In this document: positions 54,300 through 64,000 of the stretch, piece by piece
How the letters are laid out: each line of letters begins with the position of its first letter
Position numbering within the stretch: the first letter of the stretch is position 1
Assembly (NCBI GenBank): GCA_035570055.1
Contig: DATMLM010000023.1
Span: forward strand, 5,876-69,875
From: Gemmatimonadaceae bacterium
GTDB lineage: Bacteria > Gemmatimonadota > Gemmatimonadetes > Gemmatimonadales > Gemmatimonadaceae
Direction of reading: 5' to 3'
DNA: 64,000 nt
Translations under genes and position numbers: made by a program
Notes under the pieces: generated by a model
The model's database searches: none
The model's input: only the letters and a program-made list of their open reading frames with translations
Told to the model about the DNA's origin: nothing

Positions 54300-56006
54300 G
54301 ATCGGGTCGGTGCGCTCGAACACGCCCCCCAGCCAACGCATCGCGAGCGCGATCTCGAAGGCCGCTATCGCTAAGCCGATCACGACGCCGAGCGTCACCG
54401 CTGGAGGGCTGCCACCCGCGAGGATCGATACGAGGACCGCGGCCCCCGTCGCGGGCGCGAGGGCGAGCGCGAGCGCCATCAACGCCGCGATGGCGCCGAG
54501 CGCGCGCTGGCCGAGCGCTTCGAACGCGATCTGGCCGGAGTCGAGCGGCCCACCGATGCGGACCCACGCCGGCACGAGCAGCGCAATCGCGTTCTGGATC
54601 GTGAGGCTCATGAGATTCACGACGGGCAGAATCACGATGGCGGCGAGCAGCACGCCGAAGCGCTCACCGATCGGCCGTTCGGTCAGCGTCCCAAACGCGA
54701 CGGCCAGGAGCGCCACCTGCATCGCGGTCAGGGTCAGTGTCGACGACAAGACCTCGGCGAACACGACGGTGCGCCCGTGGAGCGGGTACGTGCGCAGCAT
54801 CGGCAGATGCGCGAGATCGGCGCGCAGATCGTTCCGGATCGTGAGCGGCCCGGCGAGCGCCAGGTAAGCCACGGCCACGAGCGCGGCCAGTCCGACGAGC
54901 ACCACGGGGCTCTTCTCTCTCGTCGCCTGGAACCCGACGGCACGCCACACCGAGAATGTCACCACGAGCACAAACGTGAACCGGATCGTCGCGGTCAGCT
55001 TGAGCCCGCGCGCGGCGGCGGTCACGTTCTTCCATACGATCGCAGCCCACGCCGGTCCGTGAGCCGACAGCCGGATCAGCGTTCGGGTGTTGGTGGTGGC
55101 GGGGCGCGTCGTGGTGGCGCGAGCCCGGAGCCGCGCGGCCCGGCGTGCCGATGCATCGACCGCGGCATCCTCGAACACGGCGTCGGCGCGCAGCACCCAG
55201 ATGTAATGAAAGACGAGCAGCAGCAGCGCCGGCCCGATCGCCACGAGCCAAGCGTGGTTCGACTCGGCGTACGCCGGCGCGATGACCCAGCGAAACGGCG
55301 CGAGGATCGCGCTCGGGATCGGCTGGTGCATCGCGTCGCCGACTCGTCCCAATGCCCCGGACACGTCTCCGAGCGAATGGATCGACAGGAGCGCGGGGGC
55401 CAACGAGTACGCGAGGAGGCCGATGGCCGTCAAGACGACGACGAGCGCCGGTAGGTTGCGCGCGAGCCCGCGGCCCCGCTGCGCCGCGGCGGTCCGGACC
55501 AGTGTCACGCCCATCTGGTGCATGAACGAGGTCGCGAACAGGATCCAGAGCCCAATCATCCGGAGCGGCAAGGCGAGCGGAAACCCGGCGCCGCGGCTCC
55601 GCCACAGCAGCAAAGAAATGAACGCGGCGCTCACGAGCATCGAGATCTGCACGCGGAGCAACCGATAGAGAATGAGATCCCGCCGCCGGAGCGGCGCCGG
55701 GAACAGCAGCTGGATCTCGGCCGGCGTGAACGCCAGCGGTATCGTCGATGCACCGAAGATCCACCACTTCGCGGCGAGCACCGCGAGCAGGAACGCGCTC
55801 AGGAGCCCGAACCCGCGCTGGATCGGCAAATACGCGGTCGGCGACGATGCGGCATCGCCCTCGGGTCGATAAAAAATCAGCCCGAGGTAGAGCAGACCAA
55901 CGACGAGCGCGGCCGCGTAGACTGGTTTGCGGAGGCGCGCCAGCGATGCCCGGAACCGGTTTCGCGCCGACCGGCCGAGCAGGTACGCGAGCGCGTCGAG
56001 TCTCAC
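54285..56006 (-). CDS. ABC exporter permease (putative ABC exporter family, multi-TM)
   Basis: 573 aa with ~12 predicted TM helices. Its start overlaps the upstream ATPase stop by 4 nt. Confidence 0.6.
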   Translation of the reverse strand: MRLDALAYLLGRSARNRFRASLARLRKPVYAAALVVGLLYLGLIFYRPEGDAASSPTAYLPIQRGFGLLSAFLLAVLAAKWWIFGASTIPLAFTPAEIQLLFPAPLRRRDLILYRLLRVQISMLVSAAFISLLLWRSRGAGFPLALPLRMIGLWILFATSFMHQMGVTLVRTAAAQRGRGLARNLPALVVVLTAIGLLAYSLAPALLSIHSLGDVSGALGRVGDAMHQPIPSAILAPFRWVIAPAYAESNHAWLVAIGPALLLLVFHYIWVLRADAVFEDAAVDASARRAARLRARATTTRPATTNTRTLIRLSAHGPAWAAIVWKNVTAAARGLKLTATIRFTFVLVVTFSVWRAVGFQATREKSPVVLVGLAALVAVAYLALAGPLTIRNDLRADLAHLPMLRTYPLHGRTVVFAEVLSSTLTLTAMQVALLAVAFGTLTERPIGERFGVLLAAIVILPVVNLMSLTIQNAIALLVPAWVRIGGPLDSGQIAFEALGQRALGAIAALMALALALAPATGAAVLVSILAGGSPPAVTLGVVIGLAIAAFEIALAMRWLGGVFERTDPISMRD

Positions 56007-56719
56007 GCGGTCAGCGCGAGGAAGAGATCCTCGAGATCGAGTCCCGCCAGATCCGGTCGCGCGGCGACGATGTCGGCCACCGTGCCGTAGGCGACCATCC
56101 GGCCGCGGCGCAACACGAGGATTTGCGTGCAGAGCTCCTCGACCACGTGCAGCAGGTGAGAGCTCAACACGACCGCGGCGCCGGCCGACGCGCGCTCGAC
56201 GATCGTCTCCTTCATCCGCTTGATGCCCGCGGGATCGAGCCCGGTGAGCGGCTCATCGAGGATCAACACGGCAGGATCGTGGATCAAACCGCAGGCAATG
56301 GCGAGCTTCTGCCGCATCCCGCGCGAGAGCTCGGCCGGCAGCGATCCGCGCTTGTCCGTGAGCTCCAACTCGTCGAGCAGCGGCGGCACCCGCTCGTCGA
56401 TGTGCGTGACCGAGTAGATCCGCGAGACGAACCGGAGATGCTCCTCGACCGTCAGGTACTCGAAGAGCTCGGGCTCGTCGGGGATGAACGCGAGCGCGCG
56501 TTTGGCGGTGAGGGGATCCTTCGCCAGGTCCGCGCCGGCGATCGTGATCGTGCCAGCGGTGGGACGGATGATGCCGGCGACGCTGCGGAGCGTGGTGGTC
56601 TTGCCGGCGCCGTTTGGACCAACCAGGCCCATGATCTCGCCCGGGCCGACTCGGAAAGACAGTTGGTCGACGGCGACGAGCTCACCGTACAACCGGGTCA
56701 GGCCGGAGACATCAATCAC
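56003..56719 (-). CDS. ABC transporter ATP-binding protein
   Basis: Walker [13 protein letters not shown], signature [12 protein letters not shown], and Walker [13 protein letters not shown]. Confidence 0.85.
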   Translation of the reverse strand: MIDVSGLTRLYGELVAVDQLSFRVGPGEIMGLVGPNGAGKTTTLRSVAGIIRPTAGTITIAGADLAKDPLTAKRALAFIPDEPELFEYLTVEEHLRFVSRIYSVTHIDERVPPLLDELELTDKRGSLPAELSRGMRQKLAIACGLIHDPAVLILDEPLTGLDPAGIKRMKETIVERASAGAAVVLSSHLLHVVEELCTQILVLRRGRMVAYGTVADIVAARPDLAGLDLEDLFLALTA

Positions 56720-58394
56720 GCCCGGAAAGATAACCGAGCACCGCGCCGTTGCTGGCGTTGGTCACGAGCGCCGCGTATCGCGCGAGCCAACCCTTGAGTT
56801 GCCGCGGTCGCCGCTGGACCGTGCGTGTGCTCAGATCCGCAACGACCTCGATGGACCGCGCGGCGAGGTCGATCGTGATCGTATCGCCGTCTCGGAGCAA
56901 CCCAATCGGACCACCCTCGGCGGCCTCCGGCGACACATGCCCAATGCAAAGCCCGCGTGTGCCGCCAGAGAATCGGCCATCGGTCACCAGCGCGACCGAT
57001 GCACCAAGCGGCATGCCTTTGAGCATGCTGGTGAGCGAGAGCATCTCGCGCATGCCAGGCCCGCCCTTGGGTCCTTCGAAACGCACCACGACCACATCGC
57101 CTGGCTGAATAGAGCCGTTGCAAGCAGCGTTCGTCGCGTCCTCTTCGCTATCGAACACGCGCGCGGGCCCGCGGAATGTCATCTCATGCTGCTCGACCGC
57201 ACCGACTTTGATCACGGCCCCTTCGGGCGCCAGAGAGCCGAACAACACCGCGAGCGCTCCGCGCTTCGAGTGCGGACGCGATGCGGGTCGAATGCAGTCC
57301 GGATTGAAGGTCTCGGCGAGCGCGACCGTCTCGCCGAGCGTCCGGCCGGTGACCGTGAGCGCATTCGGCGACAGTGCGCCGGGAACGTCAATGAGCTGAC
57401 GCAGGATGGCCGAGACGCCGCCGGCCGCGTGCACGTCCTGCATGTGCCATTGCCGCGGGCCATCCCACGCGGGCGAGATCTTAGCGAGATGCGGCACGCG
57501 CTCGGCCACGTCGTTGAATCGACTGACCGGATAGTCGAGCCCGGCCTCGCGCGCGAGCGCCAGCACGTGCAGCACCGTGTTTGTCGATCCGCCCATGGCC
57601 ATGTCCAGCGCCATGGCGTTATCGATCGCCGCCGCCGTCACGATGTCGAGGAAGCGCACATCGTCGCGCACGAGTCTGAGAACGGTGCGCGCGGCTTCGA
57701 CGACGAGGTCACGGCGTTCCGGCGCGATCGCGAGGACCGAGCCGTTGCCCGGCAGCGCGACGCCGAGCGCTTCGCACAGGCAGTTCATCGAATTTGCCGT
57801 GAACATGCCGGAGCAGCTGCCGCAGGTGGGACACGCGAGCCGCTCTAGCTCGTCGAGTCGCGCGTCGTCGATCGTGCCGGCGGCGTGCGCGCCGACGCCT
57901 TCGAACACCGAGATCAGGTCGATGGCGCGACCCGACGAGTCGATGCCTTTCGCCATCGGACCGCCCGAGACGAATATCGTCGGGATATTCACGCGGGCCG
58001 CGCCCATCAGCATTCCCGGCACGATCTTGTCGCAGTTCGGGATGCAGATCATGCCGTCGAAGCAGTGCGCGGTCGCCATTGTCTCGACGCAGTCCGCGAT
58101 CAGCTCGCGGGACGGCAGCGAATAGCGCATGCCGTCGTGGCCCATCACGATGCCGTCGTCGACGCCTATCGTGTTGAACTCGAACGGCACGCCACCCGCT
58201 TCGCGTACGGCCGCCTTGACCGCGCGGCCTAGCTCCTGTAAGTGCGCGTGGCCCGGGATGATGTCGACATAGCTGTTGCAGACGGCGATGAACGGCTTGT
58301 CGAAGTCATCCCGGTCGCGGATCTGGCCCGTGGCCCGCAGGAGCGAGCGATGGGGGGCGCGATGATTCCCTACTTTGATCGTGTCGGAGCGCAA
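56712..58394 (-). CDS. ilvD: dihydroxy-acid dehydratase
   Basis: [14 protein letters not shown] ... [27 protein letters not shown] ... [16 protein letters not shown] are the IlvD/EDD family signatures. Confidence 0.9.
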   Translation of the reverse strand: MRSDTIKVGNHRAPHRSLLRATGQIRDRDDFDKPFIAVCNSYVDIIPGHAHLQELGRAVKAAVREAGGVPFEFNTIGVDDGIVMGHDGMRYSLPSRELIADCVETMATAHCFDGMICIPNCDKIVPGMLMGAARVNIPTIFVSGGPMAKGIDSSGRAIDLISVFEGVGAHAAGTIDDARLDELERLACPTCGSCSGMFTANSMNCLCEALGVALPGNGSVLAIAPERRDLVVEAARTVLRLVRDDVRFLDIVTAAAIDNAMALDMAMGGSTNTVLHVLALAREAGLDYPVSRFNDVAERVPHLAKISPAWDGPRQWHMQDVHAAGGVSAILRQLIDVPGALSPNALTVTGRTLGETVALAETFNPDCIRPASRPHSKRGALAVLFGSLAPEGAVIKVGAVEQHEMTFRGPARVFDSEEDATNAACNGSIQPGDVVVVRFEGPKGGPGMREMLSLTSMLKGMPLGASVALVTDGRFSGGTRGLCIGHVSPEAAEGGPIGLLRDGDTITIDLAARSIEVVADLSTRTVQRRPRQLKGWLARYAALVTNASNGAVLGYLSGRD

Positions 58395-58418
58395 GAACGA
58401 AGACTTTCCCGGCGATCC

Positions 58419-58949
58419 TCAGGTGTCAAGGATCTCGGAGACGCTACACGTAAACCCTTCGATTACGTCCTCGCCGGACAATGTGTCGCCCGGTAGCAGT
58501 ATCGTTCGCGAACCATCCGCACGGTAGACGTCGATTTGTCCGCGACGTGGGTCGATATACCAGACCAATCGGGTGCCGACCGATAGGTACTGCGAGAGCT
58601 TCTGTGCCATGTAACGAGGGTTATTGCTCGGCGAGATCACCTCGATCGCGAGGTCAGGTTCGAGAAGCCAGCGTTCGTCCGTCAGGGGGAGCCGCTCTTT
58701 CCGAACAAAGGCCACATCAGCGCCGCGTACGGTGTTGTGATCGATGAAGACCGATGTGTCGCCCCCGTAAACCTTGCCGAGCCTGTGTTGGCGCACGTAA
58801 CCGCAGACTGTGAAGGCGATATTCATCAGGGCCGACCCGTGAATCGGTGCGGGTGGCTCTCTGACGGAGAGCTCCCCACAAACGAGCTCGAACCGATAGT
58901 GCTCAGAGTAAAGCTCGACATCGAGTTTGGCGAATTCTTCCGCTGTCAT
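58419..58949 (-). CDS. Uma2 family (DUF820) putative restriction endonuclease-like protein
   Basis: MTAEEFAKL ... YELVCGEL ... the PD-(D/E)xK-like core DLAIEVISPSN ... fits the Uma2 pattern. Confidence 0.7.
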   Translation of the reverse strand: MTAEEFAKLDVELYSEHYRFELVCGELSVREPPAPIHGSALMNIAFTVCGYVRQHRLGKVYGGDTSVFIDHNTVRGADVAFVRKERLPLTDERWLLEPDLAIEVISPSNNPRYMAQKLSQYLSVGTRLVWYIDPRRGQIDVYRADGSRTILLPGDTLSGEDVIEGFTCSVSEILDT

Positions 58950-59034
58950 CGTTGCCTCCTGTGTATAAGCCGAGCGTAACGCCGAGGAGTCGGCGTCGGC
59001 AACGCGCAATGTCGAACGGTGCGTCAGCCGATCG

Positions 59035-60102
59035 TCAGCTGATCTTCAGCTTCGCAATGACGGCGGATCCGACGTCGTGCGTCGTCGCAGGCCGAATTCC
59101 TGACGGGGCGAGATCGGGCGTGAGGCAACCGGAGTCGATCGTTGCCAAAACGGCCGTCTCGATCGCGCGTGCCTCGGAGTCGAGGCCGAGGGAGTGGCGG
59201 AGCAGGAGGGCGACACTCAGTATCGTGCCGACAGGGTTAGCGATTCCCTGGCCGGCGATGTCGGGCGCCGACCCGTGGATCGGCTCGTAGAGCCCGCGTC
59301 GCGTGTCGCCGAGTGACGCCGAGGGCAGGAGGCCCACCGAACCGGCGAGCACGGATGCCTCGTCGGTGAGAATGTCGCCGAACATGTTGTCGGTGACGAT
59401 GACATCGAAGTCCGCCGGCCGGCGGATGAGGTGCATCGCGCACGCATCGACGAGCACATGCTCGACCGTGAGGTCGGGAAATTCCTCGCGAGCCAAGCGC
59501 GCGACGACGTTGCGCCACAGGCGGGACGTCATCAACACGTTGGCCTTGTCGACCGACGTGAGCCTGCCGCGCCGCGTGCGCGCGATACGGGCGGCGCGTC
59601 GCACGACCCGCTCGACCTCGGCCGTCGTGTAGACGCACGTGTCGAACGCCCGGTCGCCGTCTCGGCCCTGTGGCCCGAAGTACAACCCACCGGTGAGCTC
59701 ACGCACGACCAGGATGTCGACGCCGGTGAGTCGTTCCGGACGGATCGGCGACGCGGCCAGAAGCGAGGGCTGAACCGTGACCGGTCGAAGATTCGCGTAC
59801 AGCTCGAGCGCCTTCCGAAGCCCGAGCAATCCCATCTCCGGTCGCTGGGGCGCGTCGGGATTGTCCCACTTCGGCCCGCCAACGGCGCCGAGCAAAATGG
59901 CGTCCGACGACTTGGCGATGGCCAACGTGTCGGTCGGGAGCGCCGTACCACAGGCATCGAGCGCAGCGCCGCCAATCAACGCCTGCGTGCAATCAAACGT
60001 GTGTCCGAATCGCTCGGCGATAGCGCCGAGCACGCGCACGCCTTGGGCTACGACTTCCGGGCCGACGCCGTCGCCCGGCAGTACCGCGATGTGTGCCTTC
60101 AC
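59035..60102 (-). CDS. leuB: 3-isopropylmalate dehydrogenase
   Basis: GTG start (V)[17 protein letters not shown] ... NLRP ... the family signature region [27 protein letters not shown] ... [21 protein letters not shown]. Confidence 0.9.
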   Translation of the reverse strand: MKAHIAVLPGDGVGPEVVAQGVRVLGAIAERFGHTFDCTQALIGGAALDACGTALPTDTLAIAKSSDAILLGAVGGPKWDNPDAPQRPEMGLLGLRKALELYANLRPVTVQPSLLAASPIRPERLTGVDILVVRELTGGLYFGPQGRDGDRAFDTCVYTTAEVERVVRRAARIARTRRGRLTSVDKANVLMTSRLWRNVVARLAREEFPDLTVEHVLVDACAMHLIRRPADFDVIVTDNMFGDILTDEASVLAGSVGLLPSASLGDTRRGLYEPIHGSAPDIAGQGIANPVGTILSVALLLRHSLGLDSEARAIETAVLATIDSGCLTPDLAPSGIRPATTHDVGSAVIAKLKIS

Positions 60103-60177
60103 GCTGAACTTGGTTTCACGATCCGTGCCGGATGCGCGTGCATCGCCGGGTCTACGCGGACCCAATATACTTGTCGC

Positions 60178-60561
60178 ATGACTGAAACCAAGTGGCAGAC
60201 CCTGACTCACACGCTGCTGAGGGTGTTCGCGGCCGGTGTGTACATGCAGCACGGCGTGCAGAAGGTGATTTCATTCATGCACCACGAGCCGATGGGGCCG
60301 CTCCAGGACATCGCCATGGTGATGGAGACGGTGTTCGCCGCGTGCATTATTCTCGGTTTGTTCACGCACGTCCTCGCGTTCCTCTGCTCGGGCGAGATGG
60401 CGGTCGCGTACTTCATGTTCCACGCGCCGCGCGGATTGTTGCCCGTCGTGAACCATGGCGAGACGCCCTCGCTGCTCTGCTTCATCTTCTTGTATCTGTC
60501 GGCCATCGGCGCGGGCGCGTTCTCGCTCGACGCGGTGCTCCGTCGCAAACGCAGCGGATGA
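60178..60561 (+). CDS. DoxX family membrane protein
   Basis: 127 aa with four TM helices ([18 protein letters not shown] ...). Its stop overlaps the next start (ATGA). Confidence 0.65.
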   Translation: MTETKWQTLTHTLLRVFAAGVYMQHGVQKVISFMHHEPMGPLQDIAMVMETVFAACIILGLFTHVLAFLCSGEMAVAYFMFHAPRGLLPVVNHGETPSLLCFIFLYLSAIGAGAFSLDAVLRRKRSG

Positions 60562-61457
60562 AGATCGCGGTCGCGGGCGCCACGGGGTTCATTGGCAGCG
60601 CGCTCGTCGCACACCTCGGCGCGACCGGACATCGGGTGGTGCGCCTCATGCGACGCGGCGCCGATGCCTCGCGCGGGGATGTGACGTGGGATCCGGCGCG
60701 GAGCGTGCTCGATCCCGCGGCGCTCGACGGAGTGCAGGCCGTCGTGAACCTTGCCGGTGAGCCGGTCGCCGAGCGATGGACGGCCGAGCGGAAGCGGCGC
60801 ATCAAGGCGAGCCGTGTGGAGGCGACGACGGTGCTGGCCAAGACGCTCATCGGCTTGGCCCGCCCGCCGCGCGTGCTCGTCAACGCATCGGCCATCGGCA
60901 TCTATGGCGATCGTGGCGACGAAGTGCTCGATGAGACTTCGGCGCCAGGTACCGGGTTCCTCGCCGACGTCGCGAGGTCCTGGGAGTCTTCGGCCGCGCC
61001 CGTCATCGAGCGCGGCATCCGTACCGTGTTCACGCGATTTGGCATCGTGTTGAGCGCGGCGGGCGGGGCGCTCGAGAAAATGCTGCCGCCGTTCAAGCTC
61101 GGCGCCGGCGGGCGGCTCGGCAACGGAAAACAGTGGATGAGTTGGGTAACGCTCGACGACGTCGTCGCGGCCATCGATTTCGCGATCACGTCCGATCTCG
61201 TGAGTGGGCCCGTCAATGTCGTGGCGCCAAATCCGGTGATCAACGCCGACTTTACCCACGAGTTGGGGCATGCGCTGCACCGGCCGGCCGTCGCGACGGT
61301 CCCCGGGTTTGCGCTGCGGCTGGCCTATGGGGAAATGGGGGAGGCCGTACTCCTCGCTTCGCAACGCGTCCTTCCACACGCGCTCGAACGCGCGGGGTTC
61401 GTCTTCAAGCACGTCCTATTGGCCGACGCCCTAAAACAAATCCCCTTGGGGCGGTGA
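60558..61457 (+). CDS. TIGR01777 family NAD-dependent epimerase/dehydratase-like oxidoreductase (YfcH-like, with DUF1731 C-terminus)
   Basis: [20 protein letters not shown] (Rossmann GxxGxxG) and a C-terminal DUF1731-like region. Confidence 0.75.
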   Translation: MKIAVAGATGFIGSALVAHLGATGHRVVRLMRRGADASRGDVTWDPARSVLDPAALDGVQAVVNLAGEPVAERWTAERKRRIKASRVEATTVLAKTLIGLARPPRVLVNASAIGIYGDRGDEVLDETSAPGTGFLADVARSWESSAAPVIERGIRTVFTRFGIVLSAAGGALEKMLPPFKLGAGGRLGNGKQWMSWVTLDDVVAAIDFAITSDLVSGPVNVVAPNPVINADFTHELGHALHRPAVATVPGFALRLAYGEMGEAVLLASQRVLPHALERAGFVFKHVLLADALKQIPLGR

Positions 61458-61985
61458 GTAGGCCAACGATCCGGGCGTGATCATCGCCGGCGTCGTGCCG
61501 GTGTGAATAGTGACGCCGGAGTCGTTGATGTGCCGGACTTCGATCCCGCCAGCGGTGAGGTAATCGGAGATGAGACTCCGATGGCAACGCCACCAGAGGG
61601 CCTCGGCGCACATGAACACGAGCGGCGATCGCAACGAGAGCGCTGAAATAATGCCTCGCTGAAATTTCGGGGTTTCCATATAATCGGCATAGCCGCGGAA
61701 TGCATCCAGACGCCAACCGGTGTTGATCGAGTCTGGCGCGGGGTCACGCCGGCCGCCGAGGTCGACGAAGTGAGCGTAATTGATGTCGGCGGCACGCAGT
61801 GACGCGGCCAGTGCATCGCTGCCGAACTGCGGATGCCGGCGCGACCCTGGAAACCGACGCACGTCGATGAGCGTCGCGACCTGTTGCGCCGTGAGAAGAG
61901 ACAAGAACACGTCGATCGGGCGCGTGGAATGCCCGATCGTGTAGACCGCGGATGGCGCGCGCGGGACGTCGGCGAGTGAGACTAT
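61431..61985 (-). CDS. DUF488 family protein
   Basis: ...VFMCAEALWWRCHRSLISDYL (conserved CxxxxxxCHR). The conserved N-terminal motif AVYTIGHSTRPIDVF lies upstream of the first canonical start (GTG 61910). The only candidate initiator is ATA at 61985, overlapping the upstream TAG (ATAG). Confidence 0.6.
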   Translation of the reverse strand: MVSLADVPRAPSAVYTIGHSTRPIDVFLSLLTAQQVATLIDVRRFPGSRRHPQFGSDALAASLRAADINYAHFVDLGGRRDPAPDSINTGWRLDAFRGYADYMETPKFQRGIISALSLRSPLVFMCAEALWWRCHRSLISDYLTAGGIEVRHINDSGVTIHTGTTPAMITPGSLAYSPPQGDLF

Positions 61986-62290
61986 CGCGGCGGATGACCG
62001 CCGTGGCGCAGTAGCTCGGCCGCTTCTTCGATGCGACGAATGTATTGGCCGACTCGCTCGCCAGCGCGCCGTTTCGGCAGCACGAAGTCGGGGTTGTCCG
62101 GCTCATCGCCGCCCTCATCGACGTAGAGATCGCCACCTTGGCGCTCCACCACGGACTCCCAGTTCTCGACGGCATCGAGAAGGTCGCCGACTTCGTCGCT
62201 CGTTTCCTTCCCAGTTAGCTCGACGCCACGGCGGCGGAGCTTGTCCGCGAGCTCGGCGACCACGTCGGCTCGCTCCCTATTCTCCTCCAT
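61982..62290 (-). CDS. hypothetical acidic protein (102 aa)
   Basis: An ORF with protein-like composition, co-directional with and 4-nt-overlapping the DUF488 gene. Confidence 0.35.
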   Translation of the reverse strand: MEENRERADVVAELADKLRRRGVELTGKETSDEVGDLLDAVENWESVVERQGGDLYVDEGGDEPDNPDFVLPKRRAGERVGQYIRRIEEAAELLRHGGHPPR

Positions 62291-62327
62291 GCCTGATCTT
62301 AGCCCCGTCGGGCGTTATTTTCCAATT

Positions 62328-62822
62328 ATGCCGTTGGTATCATTTTCATCGCTCCCCCCGGACGCCCGCGTCTGGGTCTTCGCGGCCGACCGGCCGCTCG
62401 CGCCGACGCAGGCTGAGCTACTGCTCGCCGAGGTCGATGCGTACCTCGAGCAGTGGCGCGCGCATGGCCAGCCGTTGACGGTCGCGCGTGAGTGGCGGGA
62501 CGACCGGTTTCTCACGATCGCCGTCGATCAGACCGACGCCTATGCGTCCGGGTGTTCCATCGACGGGCTCTTCCGCAGCCTCCGCGGTTTGGAATCACGA
62601 CTCGGCGCCGGGCTCGTTGGCGGCGGTCGCGTGCACTTCCGCGACGAGACCGGGGCGATCCAGACTGTCACGCGGGACGAGTTTTCCCGGCTCGGCGAGT
62701 CCGGTGTCGTCACACGGCATACGACCGTGTTCGATCCGACGGTCGCCACCGCCGGCGAGTGGCGCGAGCGCTTCGAGACGGAAGCCGCGCATTCCTGGCA
62801 CGCCGCCGTACTCCCGGCGTAG
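62328..62822 (+). CDS. hypothetical protein
   Basis: ~164 aa from MPLVSFSSLPPDARVWVF... No recognisable domain. Confidence 0.4.
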   Translation: MPLVSFSSLPPDARVWVFAADRPLAPTQAELLLAEVDAYLEQWRAHGQPLTVAREWRDDRFLTIAVDQTDAYASGCSIDGLFRSLRGLESRLGAGLVGGGRVHFRDETGAIQTVTRDEFSRLGESGVVTRHTTVFDPTVATAGEWRERFETEAAHSWHAAVLPA

Positions 62823-63460
62823 TGCTCCGCGTTTCGAGCTTCTCGGTCTCGCTCGATGGCTACGGCGCGGGGCCCAATCAGAGCCTAGAGCATCCCCTCG
62901 GCGTCGGCGGGCTCGAGCTTCACCAGTGGTTTTTCCCGACCCGCACCTTCCAGCGCATGCACACCAACGGTGATGGAGCCACCGGCGTCGACGACGAGTT
63001 TGCCGCGAGAGGGTTCCAGAACATCGGGGCGTGGATCCTGGGACGCAATATGTTCGGGCCGATTCGCGGGCCCTGGCCCGATGATGCGTGGAAAGGCTGG
63101 TGGGGTGCGAACCCGCCGTATCACGTGCCTACGTTCGTGCTGACCCATCACGCGCGGCCGTCGATCACCATGGAAGGAGGCACGACGTTTCACTTCGTCA
63201 CTGATGGGATCCACGCCGCCTTGGAGCGCGCGACGGCGGCGGCGAACGGGAAAGACGTGCGCGTCGGCGGTGGGGCCGCGACGGTCCAGCAGTACCTGCG
63301 CGCTGGGCTCGTGGACGAGATGCATTTGGCCATCGCGCCCGTCATCCTCGGTTCGGGCGAGCTACTCCTGGCCGGCTTGAACCTGCGAGCCATGGGATAT
63401 TCTTGCCGTGAGTTCGTTCCCGGTACGAACGCTACTCACGTGGTGCTGGCGCGGGCGTAA
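62822..63460 (+). CDS. dihydrofolate reductase family protein (RibD C-terminal domain-like)
   Basis: GTG start VLRVSSFSVSLDGYGAGPNQ ... WILGRNMF ... GGGAATVQQYLRAGLVDEMHLAIAPVILGSG. The fragment 62822..63460 is contained in a longer track ORF (62492..63460). Confidence 0.7.
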   Translation: MLRVSSFSVSLDGYGAGPNQSLEHPLGVGGLELHQWFFPTRTFQRMHTNGDGATGVDDEFAARGFQNIGAWILGRNMFGPIRGPWPDDAWKGWWGANPPYHVPTFVLTHHARPSITMEGGTTFHFVTDGIHAALERATAAANGKDVRVGGGAATVQQYLRAGLVDEMHLAIAPVILGSGELLLAGLNLRAMGYSCREFVPGTNATHVVLARA

Positions 63461-63656
63461 GCGGCCAGAGCGTCTTATGCGTGCCGTCGCAATACGGTTT
63501 TTTCATCGACGCGCCGCAGCGACAGAGTGCGATGGCCTTCTTGTCGGGCCGCGGTGACGGAATCACGTTGCCGGCTTCGTCGACGACCACGACCTGGTCG
63601 GCATCCTCGGCCGAGATGCGATAGGGGCCGTTCTCGCTGACCTTAATGCGAATCAT
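63432..63656 (-). CDS. CDGSH-type iron-sulfur domain protein
   Basis: CRCGASMKKPYCDGTHK (the CDGSH zinc-finger-like 2Fe-2S motif). Confidence 0.65.
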   Translation of the reverse strand: MIRIKVSENGPYRISAEDADQVVVVDEAGNVIPSPRPDKKAIALCRCGASMKKPYCDGTHKTLWPLTPAPAPRE

Positions 63657-64000
63657 GCGCCGCCTGAGCATAGCGTTTGACTCTCGCGAGCATGGCATTG
63701 AGGCCGATCTCGCGGCTACTCAGGCCGATGTCGCTCATCACCTGCGCCACGAAATCGTTCGGTAGCGCCAACGCGACCTCGGGCGGCTGATCGTTGATCG
63801 CCGAGAAGAGGATCGCGAGAAATGCCGCGATCGTCGGTGACTGACGGCAGTTCAGATCAGCGTAGAAGTGCAGCTTCCCGTCGACGAGCTCCGGGAACAG
63901 ATCGACCCGAGTCTGACACTCGGGCACCGTGAACTCGGCCCGATCGAGTCCCAGGAATCGCTCGGGCACCGGCTCGAGCTGCTTCGAGTACTGCACGAGG
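63643..64000 (-). CDS. SufE-like sulfur acceptor protein, N-terminus beyond the window end
   Basis: VPECQTRVDLFPELVDGKLHFYADLNCRQSPTIAAFLAILFSAI matches the SufE core around the conserved Cys. Confidence 0.65.
   Translation of the reverse strand, partial: LVQYSKQLEPVPERFLGLDRAEFTVPECQTRVDLFPELVDGKLHFYADLNCRQSPTIAAFLAILFSAINDQPPEVALALPNDFVAQVMSDIGLSSREIGLNAMLARVKRYAQAAHDSH

Noticed and set aside
1-64000. CRISPR arrays, rRNA genes, IS elements/transposases, intact integrases or recombinases, prophage structural genes.
   Set aside because: I found no short regularly spaced direct repeats. No transposase (DDE/HUH), tyrosine or serine recombinase or phage capsid/terminase motifs were found among the ORF translations. 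The only tandem repeat is the in-frame 9-bp array at 3650-3718.

Overview
High-GC (~68%) bacterial chromosomal window. The TonB-dependent receptors with N-terminal carboxypeptidase-regulatory domains, DUF6600 and TPR-CHAT proteins suggest a Gemmatimonadota/Acidobacteriota-like soil organism. Most of the window is densely packed core and envelope genes: the C-terminal end of an RND pump with an MFP adaptor and an outer-membrane factor, M1 and M10 peptidases, a Kelch/TPR-CHAT operon, cytochrome c peroxidase, a NfeD-flotillin pair, a TonB-dependent receptor, msrB, an ABC exporter and ilvD-leuB. The stretch at roughly 19.5-28.3 kb is an accessory defense island. It has patchy lower GC (~55-62%) and is built around a tRNA-Cys(GCA) gene plus a duplicated tRNA 5' half, which is the footprint of anticodon-loop site-specific integration. 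The island carries a DUF433/DUF5615 pair whose DUF5615 toxin gene is frameshifted, and a small zinc-ribbon ORF. A ~2 kb islet flanked by direct repeats holds an HNH_5 nuclease and a hypothetical gene. Next to the tRNA sits an uncharacterised two-gene operon. The island also holds an Apea-like HEPN protein and an RHH protein. Its last gene is a 530-aa AvcD-like protein (a degenerate P-loop NTPase domain plus a dCMP/dCTP-deaminase-like zinc domain, the nucleotide-depletion antiphage type), preceded by a 650-bp structured noncoding leader that could encode an AvcI-like antitoxin sRNA. Other notable points: a TraG/VirD4-TraF conjugation remnant; a Uma2 endonuclease inserted between ilvD and leuB; two genes (TauE, DUF488) whose conserved N-termini lie upstream of any ATG/GTG/TTG and overlap the upstream stop in CTGA/ATAG tetranucleotides; and a 63-bp in-frame tandem repeat encoding (N-V/I-T)x7. 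No CRISPR array, rRNA or intact IS/transposase/integrase was seen. Coordinates for features outside the ORF track (tRNA, repeats, small ORFs) are good to about +/-2 nt.
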